DNA of 31,595 bases from the IMG/VR virus record IMGVR_UViG_3300020045_003765, positions 1 through 31,595 of that record, one strand, 5' to 3'. The notes beneath the pieces are model-generated. The model had not been told where the DNA came from. It saw only the letters and a program-made list of their open reading frames with translations, and did not search any database. Each line of letters opens with the position of its first letter. The first letter of the stretch is position 1. Made by a program: the position numbers and the translations under genes. Below are positions 23,880-31,595 of this stretch, one piece after another. This stretch comes from a virus. Lineage: Duplodnaviria > Caudoviricetes.

Positions 23880-24422
23880 TTGCTTGATGCCCTGAAGAAA
23901 GTTCTCAAGGGGAATGCCCCCGATGAGAAGCTGGAAGAAAACGCCCCGGAAGCTGTGCTTGAATCAGCTACTCCGTTGGAACTGACAAACGAACTCTCTA
24001 CGCAGCTTACTGAATTGGCTGGTGTTGTGGAGTCATTGAATTCCGTCATTGCTCAGAAGGATGCTCTTCTGGCAGAGATGAATGGCAAGCTGGAGGCTCT
24101 TTCGGCCTATGCAGCGGACGCTGAAGCAAAGGCAGCAGAAGTGGTTGCTCAAGCTAAGGCAAAAGAGCTTACTGACAAGCGTGAAATGCTTGCAAATGTT
24201 ATCGGGGCGGACAATGCCAATCTCGATGCCACGTTTGCTGCCATTAGCGGCTTGGATGGTGAGTCATATGCGTTGGTAGTTTCCGGCTTTGCGGCATCTT
24301 ATGCCAAGGAAGCTGAATCTGTAAGTTTTCAAGAAATTGGCGTCAGCGGTGAAGCAGAAGTTCCTGCTGAAGCAACTGGCCTGAATGTTAAGCAGTATCT
24401 CTCTAAGAAAAAGGAAAAGTAA
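23880..24422 (+). CDS. Capsid scaffolding protein
   Basis: Acidic Ala/Glu-rich coiled coil between protease and capsid genes; TTG start behind AAGGAGG. Confidence 0.75.
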   Translation: MLDALKKVLKGNAPDEKLEENAPEAVLESATPLELTNELSTQLTELAGVVESLNSVIAQKDALLAEMNGKLEALSAYAADAEAKAAEVVAQAKAKELTDKREMLANVIGADNANLDATFAAISGLDGESYALVVSGFAASYAKEAESVSFQEIGVSGEAEVPAEATGLNVKQYLSKKKEK

Positions 24423-24818
24423 ATGACTAAACTCGCTACTCGTTCGGTTAAGCCGTCCGCAGTGTTGGTGTATGAAGAGTTTCCCGAGTATGGCCATTGC
24501 CGCTCGGTTGATACCGTTACCGTAGAAGCTGGTATGGATGTTGGTGCTGTTCTGCATCTGTCTGGTGGTAAGTATGTTTGGGTAGCTGCTGCTGCTGTCG
24601 CCTCGTTGAATGCTGATGTCCGTATCCTCCTCGATACTAATATTAAGAGTGTTGCGGTGGGTGACCGTGCTCTGGTTACTTTGGGCATGCCTGCCAAGGG
24701 CGCTGCCGGTGTTGCTAAAGGTGGCCTGTTGTTTAAGGATGCTCTGTCTGCACCCCAGATTACCACTGTTGTTGCCGCTCTGGCAGCCAAGGGCATTGCT
24801 GCCCTCACCACTGTCTAA
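24423..24818 (+). CDS. Head decoration/stabilisation protein
   Basis: 131 aa directly before the MCP; ends AALAAKGI. Confidence 0.75.
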   Translation: MTKLATRSVKPSAVLVYEEFPEYGHCRSVDTVTVEAGMDVGAVLHLSGGKYVWVAAAAVASLNADVRILLDTNIKSVAVGDRALVTLGMPAKGAAGVAKGGLLFKDALSAPQITTVVAALAAKGIAALTTV

Positions 24819-24833
24819 GAAGGAAAATAACAA

Positions 24834-25868
24834 ATGACTATTATTCGTGACTATGCTGATTCGTTCAAAACGACTGATTGGCATGAAGCAATCTCGGAAG
24901 CTGAATTGTCGTTTGGCCTGATTAACGGCCAAGGTCTTTTCACCACGACTGGCACTACCGAGAAGGCTATTGTGTTCGACAAGGACACTTCCACCACTAC
25001 TCTGTTGCCTCAAGCTGTTCGTGGTGCTAAGGTTCCTACCACGGGCCATGAACGTAAGGTTGAAACCTTCAGCCTGCCGCTGACCTACTTCAAGCACGTT
25101 GATAGCCTGACTGCTGAAGACATCCTCGGCTGGCGTGCTCCGGGCGTACAGGACAAAGAAACTGTTGCTCGTGCTTCTGCTGAGAAGGTTCGTGACATCC
25201 GCTTCTTGGCTGACCAGATGCAAGAGTATCTGAAATGTCAAGCCATCAAGGGTATCTTCAAGACCCCGGATCAAACTGTTGTTGCTAACATGTTTACCGA
25301 ATTCGGCGTATCACAACAAACAGTGGATTTTGACTTGGACACGGGCACCACAGACGTGAATAGCAAGATCATGGAACTGAAGCGTAAGGTTAAGGCTGGC
25401 CTGAAGACTTCCAGCATGAACGGCGTGGATATGTACGTGGATGAAGACTTCTTTGACAAGCTGGTTAGCCATGCTTCGATGAAGTCCTACTACTTGGTTG
25501 GTGATCAAAGCTCTGCCAAGTATCGTGAAGCTACTGAGCAGTATACTGCTTGGGGTGTTCAGGATATGTTCGAGCACAAAGGCGTCCGCTTCATCTGCTA
25601 CAACCCGACGTTCAATCTGCCGTCTGGCTCGACTGAGGACTTCCTTGCTGCCAATACTGGTATCGCCCTACCTCGCGGCGCTCGTAACCTGTTCCGTGGC
25701 GTGTATGGCCCGAGCAATAAAATGTCTGAGATCGGTGCTCCGGGTCAAGAAATGTTCCTGCGTACCTACGTTGATCCTCGTGACGACTACGTGGACTTCG
25801 AACTGGAAATGGCTAACCTGTTCTATTGCACCCAGCCGTCTTCGCTGGTGGCTTGTACTACGGGTTAA
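24834..25868 (+). CDS. Major capsid protein (lambda gpE-like family)
   Basis: 344 aa; strongly biased codon usage; FTEFGV, FFDKLVSH, FEHKGVRF motifs; terminator follows. Confidence 0.92.
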   Translation: MTIIRDYADSFKTTDWHEAISEAELSFGLINGQGLFTTTGTTEKAIVFDKDTSTTTLLPQAVRGAKVPTTGHERKVETFSLPLTYFKHVDSLTAEDILGWRAPGVQDKETVARASAEKVRDIRFLADQMQEYLKCQAIKGIFKTPDQTVVANMFTEFGVSQQTVDFDLDTGTTDVNSKIMELKRKVKAGLKTSSMNGVDMYVDEDFFDKLVSHASMKSYYLVGDQSSAKYREATEQYTAWGVQDMFEHKGVRFICYNPTFNLPSGSTEDFLAANTGIALPRGARNLFRGVYGPSNKMSEIGAPGQEMFLRTYVDPRDDYVDFELEMANLFYCTQPSSLVACTTG

Positions 25869-25881
25869 GTTGTGATATAAT
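25853..25881 (+). promoter_or_regulatory. Possible sigma70 promoter overlapping the MCP 3' end
   Basis: TTGTAC-17 nt-TATAAT with TG extension. Confidence 0.55.
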
Positions 25882-25896
25882 GGCGACTTCGCCATT

Positions 25897-25918
25897 GAGG
25901 GGCTTCGGCCCCTCTTTT
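25897..25918 (+). terminator. Intrinsic terminator after the MCP
   Basis: GAGGGGC-TTCG-GCCCCTC-TTTT. Confidence 0.9.
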
Positions 25919-25977
25919 CAAAGCGTCTTATACAGGATTCTTTGAAAAGAGGCTAACAACTTCAAAGAGGTATTTAA

Positions 25978-26931
25978 TTGACTCGTAGAACGACCACAGA
26001 AGAATTTATACTGAAGGCCAAGGCCATACACGGCGATACGTATGATTATAGCCTAGTAAAGTATATTACCTTACAAACAAAGGTCAAGGTTATCTGCCCG
26101 GAGCACGGGATTTTTGAGCAAACTCCTGCCAACCACTTAAAAGGAAGCGGGTGTAGGAAATGCTCCACTTCCCGCAATGCTGCCATTCTCGCTGCTCCCG
26201 CAGCACTGGTATTTAAGGAGAATGCCCATGCACTGCATGGGGGCAGATACGGGTATGAGCAAGTCGAATATGTTGCCTCTAAAACAAAAGTCAAAATTGT
26301 ATGTGAGGAACACGGTGTTTTCGAGATCACACCAAGCGACCATTTAAGCGGCAGGGGCTGCAGTTTTTGTGGGCTGCGTCAGCGTGCAGCTTCACGATCC
26401 GCCCCCTCTGCAAAGACGTTTTCTGAGCGCGCTCGTGCTGTACACGGGGATAAGTATGATTACAGCCCATCCATTTATTCTGCCGCCCTAAGACCTGTGC
26501 GTATTATTTGCAGAGAACATGGGGAGTTCCTGCAGAACCCCGGCGATCATTTAAGCGGAAAGGGTTGTCCCTCTTGTGCTATAACCGGATTTCAGAGGGA
26601 GAAACCTGCTGTTGTGTATGTGTTTGACATTAGCACACCCTGCGGAAGATTTACTGGCTTCGGTATTTCAGGCAGCTATAAGAGCCGCTTGCGGCAACAT
26701 ATCCGCACTTTGGCAAAGCACTCTGCAAACATAGAGAGAATGTTCTCTATAGAGTTTGATATAGGGCGACAAGCTGCCGATTTAGAGCTGCTGCTTCAAC
26801 AGACCTTCCCGCTGAGCGAAGAGGCAAGGAACATAGAAGGATTCAAAACAGAATCAACAACAGCAACCTTCTCCGAAGTCGTTGCATTCGTAGAAAAGAT
26901 TAAAGGAGAAATGGATAATGGCTGTACTTGA
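25978..26931 (+). CDS. Putative homing endonuclease: three Zn-finger repeats plus a GIY-YIG-like C-terminal domain
   Basis: 3x HG..YDY...IC.EHG.F...P..HL.G.GC..C; C-terminal VVYVF...FGIS...SRLRQH...E. Confidence 0.8.
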   Translation: MTRRTTTEEFILKAKAIHGDTYDYSLVKYITLQTKVKVICPEHGIFEQTPANHLKGSGCRKCSTSRNAAILAAPAALVFKENAHALHGGRYGYEQVEYVASKTKVKIVCEEHGVFEITPSDHLSGRGCSFCGLRQRAASRSAPSAKTFSERARAVHGDKYDYSPSIYSAALRPVRIICREHGEFLQNPGDHLSGKGCPSCAITGFQREKPAVVYVFDISTPCGRFTGFGISGSYKSRLRQHIRTLAKHSANIERMFSIEFDIGRQAADLELLLQQTFPLSEEARNIEGFKTESTTATFSEVVAFVEKIKGEMDNGCT

Positions 26932-27337
26932 TCTAACAGAACCCGTAGACCGTGTTCGCTTGAATGTTGGTGACTACTTAGATATTGAGATTTTCCCAGA
27001 CAGCGTGTATGAATACCTTCTGGAGAAGAATACCGGGAACGAGATTGCCTCTAGTAAAGAAGCTGCCTATTTGATTCTCGGAGCACTCAGTCAGAAGTCA
27101 GGACGCCAGCGCCTTGACCGTATTGAAATCCACAATGACTCCTTTGATAATTACCTCAAGTTTCTGAAAGAGTTTATCAAGAATCCTTCGGGCGGGCTTA
27201 GTGTTGCAGGTGTGTACGCAGGCGGTATTAGCAAATCCGATATGCTTGCAAACTGGGCAGATCCAGACATTGTGCAACACCCAATCCCCACTACTGAAGT
27301 TTGTGTAGAAGAGTATTACTACAACGAGCGATTCTAG
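26918..27337 (+). CDS. Head-tail adaptor
   Basis: DRVRLNVGD N-terminal motif, VYAGGISKSD; position after the capsid module. Confidence 0.75.
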   Translation: MAVLDLTEPVDRVRLNVGDYLDIEIFPDSVYEYLLEKNTGNEIASSKEAAYLILGALSQKSGRQRLDRIEIHNDSFDNYLKFLKEFIKNPSGGLSVAGVYAGGISKSDMLANWADPDIVQHPIPTTEVCVEEYYYNERF

Positions 27338-27345
27338 GAGGCCAC

Positions 27346-27741
27346 ATGGGAGTTTTAAATAGTCTCAAAGCAATGGCTGACAAGATGATTGCCGCAGAGG
27401 GCCAAGGCGTAAATATATATTTTGTAGATCAGGACAACGGGGGCTACGATCCAGACACTTCTGCAAATACTAGTAGTGCTCCTGTTGTTGTGGGTACTAA
27501 AGCAGTGCTCTTAAATTTTGCACTTGAATCAACGGGAAAAACAACATACAACGGGGTGCTGATCGAGAAGGATGACCGCGAGGCATACGTCTCTTGGCAA
27601 GCTGGATTTCCTCGTGATCCCGGCGTCGTTGGCGACTATTTAGTTGATAGCGCAAATACCAAGTGGAGAATTATGACAATGAAGCATAATAACCCATCAG
27701 GCTCCGTTGAAATTATGTACAATCTTTTGTTGCGCCGATGA
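27346..27741 (+). CDS. Head closure protein
   Basis: Start moved to ATG 27346 (AGGAGG); GGYDPDT motif, C-terminal LLLRR. Confidence 0.7.
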   Translation: MGVLNSLKAMADKMIAAEGQGVNIYFVDQDNGGYDPDTSANTSSAPVVVGTKAVLLNFALESTGKTTYNGVLIEKDDREAYVSWQAGFPRDPGVVGDYLVDSANTKWRIMTMKHNNPSGSVEIMYNLLLRR

Positions 27742-27742
27742 T

Positions 27743-28165
27743 ATGCCAGAAGACTTCGGATCTGACATAGCAGCATGGGCGCAGCAAGCGCCTATATGGG
27801 CTGCTGAACAAGCCGCAGCGAAAACTCGGCAGATATTCATACGCGTCTGTGAGTTCTCTCCTCGGCAGGGGTATTCGAGATTTTCGACCGGACATTTCAT
27901 GAAGAATTGGCGTCCCAGTCCTTTCCCCCTCGGAGGAGAAATAGCAGGAGAAGCCACTTTAGCTTCAAAAGTAGCTGAAATCAGTACAATTATTGATGAC
28001 GAATTCTTCCTCGCGAATACTGATGCCTACCTAGTTAATAATACCAGCTACGCTGACAAAGTAGAATATCTAGGATGGCCTGCCACTCCTGCCTACGCTC
28101 CAATGGAAAAAGGTGTAGCAGCTTCCGCCCCTGTAGCAAACGCTATCGCAGCCTCAATGGAATAA
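27743..28165 (+). CDS. Neck/tail completion protein (HK97 gp10-like)
   Basis: SP...TGHFMKNW and NNTSYADKVEYLGW motifs; start at ATG 27743. Confidence 0.7.
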   Translation: MPEDFGSDIAAWAQQAPIWAAEQAAAKTRQIFIRVCEFSPRQGYSRFSTGHFMKNWRPSPFPLGGEIAGEATLASKVAEISTIIDDEFFLANTDAYLVNNTSYADKVEYLGWPATPAYAPMEKGVAASAPVANAIAASME

Positions 28166-28174
28166 GGAGAAACG

Positions 28175-28588
28175 ATGTCCCAAGTTAAAATTAGACAGGC
28201 ATTGGAATCTCGCCTTAAAGCATTCGCTGATACGAAGTCTCTGAAGGTGCTGTGGGAGAATGTTGGCGTTGTTCCAACAGGAACTCACCTTCGAGCTTTC
28301 ATCTATCGTGCCCCAACAGGAGATCCTTCTATTGGCGCTAAACATAAGCGGTATAAAGGAATCTTCCGCGTACAAGTGTGGAGTGAAACACTGGGGAAGG
28401 GGCCACTTGATGCTGAAACCCTTGCAGAAGAAATCGTAGCATATTTCCCGCGAGCTTTACAAATAACAAAGGACAGCATTGTTGTCCATATTGAAAATAC
28501 ACCTAGTCAAGGATCTATTTCGATAGAAACTAATTGGGTGTGTATTAGTGTAGAAATGTTGTACAGATGTGACACCGTCACAATTTAA
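28175..28588 (+). CDS. Tail terminator protein
   Basis: WENV, YKGIFRVQV...GKG...AEEIVAYFP; directly before the tail tube. Confidence 0.8.
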   Translation: MSQVKIRQALESRLKAFADTKSLKVLWENVGVVPTGTHLRAFIYRAPTGDPSIGAKHKRYKGIFRVQVWSETLGKGPLDAETLAEEIVAYFPRALQITKDSIVVHIENTPSQGSISIETNWVCISVEMLYRCDTVTI

Positions 28589-28614
28589 TCTAATAAACTA
28601 AAAAGGAATTTATT

Positions 28615-29826
28615 ATGGCAGGTGCTGCTTCAGGTGTAAATAAGACTTTGGTTTTGTCGAAGGAAAGTGTCTGGGGTACAAAGCCGGCCGCCGGTACAGG
28701 CAAACTTTATCGTCGGGTCACTTGTGACCTCTCTCTTTCTCGCGAACAATTCCAATCTGCTGAAATCGTCTCCACTGCGCAAACTTCCGACGCCCGCTCA
28801 GGAACTGACAACGTAGAAGGAACTCTTAGCGCAGAACTCTCTCCGGGCAGCTACACGGATCTGTGGGCAGCTTTGCTGCGTGGCCCTTGGGTTGCTGGCG
28901 TAACCTCCGGTGCTCTCACCACAGTGGCTTCTAGCTCTGTTGGCAACACCTTCACACGTTCTGCTGGCTCTTGGCTGACGGATGGCTTTAAGGCTGGCGA
29001 CACTATTGCAGTGTCCGGCTTCGCAGCTCCTGCTACAGCTAATAACAAGTCCTACACTATTCTGTCTGTTACGGCTACTGTTATCACGGTTAATTCGATT
29101 GTTGTCACTAAGGCAGCAGGCGACTCTGTGACTACCGTTGTATCTGGCAAGAAACTGGTTATCCCGTTCGCCGCAGGCGACCGTACAGATGATAGCTTTA
29201 CGGTTGAACAGGAATACACGGACATTGGCGTTAGCCGTCTAGCGACTGGTGTTAAGATTACCACAGCCTCTGTGAGTGTTGAGCCTGACAGTATTGCTAC
29301 TGTGGAATTTGGTATGATGGGCAAGGACATGGTTTCGTCTGGTACGGCCTATTTCACAACCCCTGCTGCTCCTTCGCTTACAGGCGTGATGACGGGGAAT
29401 AGCGGCAGTTTGTATGCTGATGGCGTACAACTCGCTTCTGTGACTTCGTTTAGCTTCGAGCTGACTGCAAACGCGGAGATCGGTAAGATCATTGGTAACC
29501 TGCAGCCGGATAATACGAGGCCCGCATCGGACATCTTCCTTGGCCGCGTAACTGTCTCAGGAGAGCTATCCGCCTATTTTGAAAATGACGATCTTTTCAC
29601 CAAGTTCCGCGATGAGGAGGCTGTCTCAGTTGTCTTCCGTTTCGATGGCGAAAATGGCGCAAGCATGACCTTTAAAATGCCTCGCGTTAAATTGGGTAAC
29701 GCATCTGTTGATGATGCTGAAGTCGGCGGTTTGAAACAATCCATTCCATTCGTGGCATTGCTAAGTTCGGGGACTGATGCCTCACTTGAGATGAGTACCC
29801 TTGTGATTCAGGATTCAACAATCTAA
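28615..29826 (+). CDS. Major tail tube protein with an inserted beta domain
   Basis: KESVWGTKP N-terminus, DDSFTVEQ, VSGELSAYFEN; insert FTRSAGSWLTDGFKAGDTI. Confidence 0.88.
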   Translation: MAGAASGVNKTLVLSKESVWGTKPAAGTGKLYRRVTCDLSLSREQFQSAEIVSTAQTSDARSGTDNVEGTLSAELSPGSYTDLWAALLRGPWVAGVTSGALTTVASSSVGNTFTRSAGSWLTDGFKAGDTIAVSGFAAPATANNKSYTILSVTATVITVNSIVVTKAAGDSVTTVVSGKKLVIPFAAGDRTDDSFTVEQEYTDIGVSRLATGVKITTASVSVEPDSIATVEFGMMGKDMVSSGTAYFTTPAAPSLTGVMTGNSGSLYADGVQLASVTSFSFELTANAEIGKIIGNLQPDNTRPASDIFLGRVTVSGELSAYFENDDLFTKFRDEEAVSVVFRFDGENGASMTFKMPRVKLGNASVDDAEVGGLKQSIPFVALLSSGTDASLEMSTLVIQDSTI

Positions 29827-29829
29827 TTC

Positions 29830-29858
29830 TTGACAACCCTCCTTTCTCATGGTAAAAT
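29830..29858 (+). promoter_or_regulatory. Sigma70-type promoter
   Basis: TTGACA-17 nt-TAAAAT with TG extension. Confidence 0.75.
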
Positions 29859-29887
29859 AGAGTTTTACTGTGCAGATTGGAGGGGAC

Positions 29888-30637
29888 ATGGCAGCATTCA
29901 GGGATTTAATTGGGCAACGATTTTCTAGGTTATTGGTTGTCTCCTACGGAGGCCGAAAACAACTAACAGTGGGCGGGCAGAAGAGAACAACTTGGGAATG
30001 TGTTTGTGATTGTGGAAACGCCATATGCGTCTACTCACAAAACCTGCTAAAAGGTACGACGACAAGTTGCGGATGTTATAGAAAAGAAGTGATGTCGAGG
30101 ATGGTGGAAGATCGCACGATACACGGAATGAGCAAAACAAAGGAATACGTTGCTTGGATTCACGCGAAAGCCCGTGTACTAAATCCTGAAGGTAATAACG
30201 AAAGCTACGTCGGACTATCTTTTGATGAGGATTGGATACAAGATTTTCAAGCGTTCTACGACCACATTGCGCCTGCTCCCGATAATTCCTTTTTATGGTC
30301 TGTTGGAAGGATCGACAATAATATTGGATATATTAGTGGCAACGTGCGGTGGGAAACTCACTACCAGCAATCTAAGTGTAAGGGCAGGTACAAGTCAAAC
30401 AAATCCGGCATTAACGGTGTTCGCTATGAACGCGCTGACGACAGGTGGCTTGCCGAGTGGCAAGACATAGATAGCAAGTCGAGGAAGAAAAGTTTTTCGT
30501 GCAAGAAACTAGGGGAAGCTGAAGCATTCCGTCTAGCCTGTGAATGTCGCTTAAAAGCAATCCAAGATTTAAACGCCCAAGGTGCAGGATATTCCGAAAC
30601 ACACGGACTTCCTAGGCCTGAAGCACAAGAGGTTTGA
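29888..30637 (+). CDS. HNH-like/AP2 homing-endonuclease-type protein, possibly catalytically degenerate
   Basis: DLIGQRFSRL...WECVCDCGN...SCGC; SVGRIDNNIGYISGNVRW; SGINGV...W...KSFSCKKLGEAEAFRLA; start at ATG 29888. Confidence 0.85.
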   Translation: MAAFRDLIGQRFSRLLVVSYGGRKQLTVGGQKRTTWECVCDCGNAICVYSQNLLKGTTTSCGCYRKEVMSRMVEDRTIHGMSKTKEYVAWIHAKARVLNPEGNNESYVGLSFDEDWIQDFQAFYDHIAPAPDNSFLWSVGRIDNNIGYISGNVRWETHYQQSKCKGRYKSNKSGINGVRYERADDRWLAEWQDIDSKSRKKSFSCKKLGEAEAFRLACECRLKAIQDLNAQGAGYSETHGLPRPEAQEV

Positions 30638-30657
30638 GGCTAACGCCTCTCCATGTT

Positions 30658-30691
30658 GAGGGCTATATCAAATGATATAGCCCTCCTTTTT
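30658..30691 (+). terminator. Intrinsic terminator
   Basis: GAGGGCTATATC/GATATAGCCCTC stem followed by a T run. Confidence 0.8.
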
Positions 30692-30727
30692 CAACTGTTC
30701 TGCATAAAATAATTATAGGAGTATCTC

Positions 30728-31114
30728 ATGGATCTAAAGAATATTGACACTATTGCCGCCGCCGAAAAGGGCTTCACCCACACGTTCATCCTGCCTAACG
30801 GCTCTGACTCAGACTTGAAGGTTACAGTCCTTGGTGCAGGTAGCCGTGCTTATAAGCAAGCTATGGCGAAGATTGAAGCGTATAAGCAACAGTGCTACAA
30901 GCGTAACAAAACGCCAGAAGATGAAGTGTTGGAAGAGATGCACATTAAAATGCTCGCCTCTTGTACTAAGTCTTGGGAAGGTGTCGAAGAAGATGGTAAG
31001 GAAGTTAAGTTTAGCGCTGACGAAGCTATCCGTGTTTATACAGCTTACCCGCTCCTGTCTAATCAAGTGATTGAAGCTATTCACAACGTATTGGCTCAGC
31101 TCGAATCAAAGTAA
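30728..31114 (+). CDS. Tail assembly chaperone (G-type)
   Basis: 128 aa between tube and tape measure; LASCTKSWEGV...FSADEAIRVY. Confidence 0.8.
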   Translation: MDLKNIDTIAAAEKGFTHTFILPNGSDSDLKVTVLGAGSRAYKQAMAKIEAYKQQCYKRNKTPEDEVLEEMHIKMLASCTKSWEGVEEDGKEVKFSADEAIRVYTAYPLLSNQVIEAIHNVLAQLESK

Positions 31115-31488
31115 CGGGGTTGGTTGAATTCGTGGAGGGGACATTTGAAATGCTCCTCCCGAGTGGAAACAGTGCAGCCCCGATCAAGCACTTAGAAGCC
31201 GTAGCAAAAGATTACGAGAAGAGGGGAATGCCCCCTCCTCCAGAACTTACAGAGTATTATCAACTCACTTGCCCAGAAGAACTCTACCACATCTACCTAG
31301 ACTTCCTTGAGCTAAGTAAGCGAAGAGGCTTCGTAGAAGCTGGCCCTATCCCTCTGACATGGCTAGACCTTCAGGCTTGGAGCACACTCAGAGGCGTAAC
31401 ACTGATGCAAGTAGAAATAGACATCCTCACAATGATAGATGAAGTGTGGATAGGTATTTACAGAAAGAAGAATACGAAGAAGGCTTAG
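31111..31488 (+). CDS. Tail assembly chaperone C-terminal extension (T-type), probably reached by a -1 frameshift
   Basis: -1 frame open from 31075; no good SD before TTG 31120; FLELSKRR...PIPLTWLDLQAW...ID motif. Confidence 0.75.
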   Translation, partial: VTGLVEFVEGTFEMLLPSGNSAAPIKHLEAVAKDYEKRGMPPPPELTEYYQLTCPEELYHIYLDFLELSKRRGFVEAGPIPLTWLDLQAWSTLRGVTLMQVEIDILTMIDEVWIGIYRKKNTKKA

Positions 31489-31502
31489 GGCGTTCTTCAC
31501 TG

Positions 31503-31524
31503 GCCCCGCTTCGGCGGGGTTTTT
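31503..31524 (+). terminator. Intrinsic terminator-like hairpin
   Basis: GCCCCGC-TTCG-GCGGGGT-TTTT. Confidence 0.8.
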
Positions 31525-31551
31525 ATTTGGCCTTTACATTAGGAGAAACAA

Positions 31552-31595
31552 ATGGCCGACATAAAGGCTCTACAAATTAAAGTGACGGCTACGGG
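31552..31595 (+). CDS. Tape measure protein, 5' end (truncated by the window)
   Basis: AGGAG SD, MADIKALQIKVTAT; position after the chaperones. Confidence 0.7.
   Translation, partial: MADIKALQIKVTAT

Noticed and set aside
24264-25274. 336 aa antisense ORF opposite decoration/MCP
   Set aside because: Shadow of strongly biased codon usage in highly expressed genes; no SD or recognisable motif.

Overview
A 31.6 kb piece of a tailed dsDNA phage genome (Caudoviricetes). The host is Gram-negative, since the phage encodes spanins and a SAR endolysin. Two arms diverge at about 10.0-10.6 kb. The left arm (- strand) carries accessory/metabolic genes: metallophosphoesterase, ClpP-like protease, PhoH, two tRNAs, an RNA ligase, DenV and a GIY-YIG protein. 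The right arm (+ strand) carries an adhesin/deacetylase accessory operon, a lysis cassette, TerS, a structured non-coding block with a degenerate tRNA-Gly, and an HNH-AP2 endonuclease. Then come TerL, portal, S49 protease, scaffold, decoration protein, major capsid protein, neck genes, a tail tube (no sheath seen), tail assembly chaperones and the start of the tape measure gene. The strongest observations not shown by the ORF track are: (1) terL is split into three exons by two small ORF-less group I (IA-type) introns with definable splice sites, directly downstream of a coupled free-standing HNH gene; (2) a ~370 nt promoter-to-terminator unit with no credible ORF and a G-U-rich helix (candidate phage ncRNA); (3) denV appears to start at an AUU codon; (4) a frameshifted fibre gene and a probable -1 frameshift in the tail chaperones. 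All calls come from manual reading of motifs and base pairing; no searches or folding programs were run.
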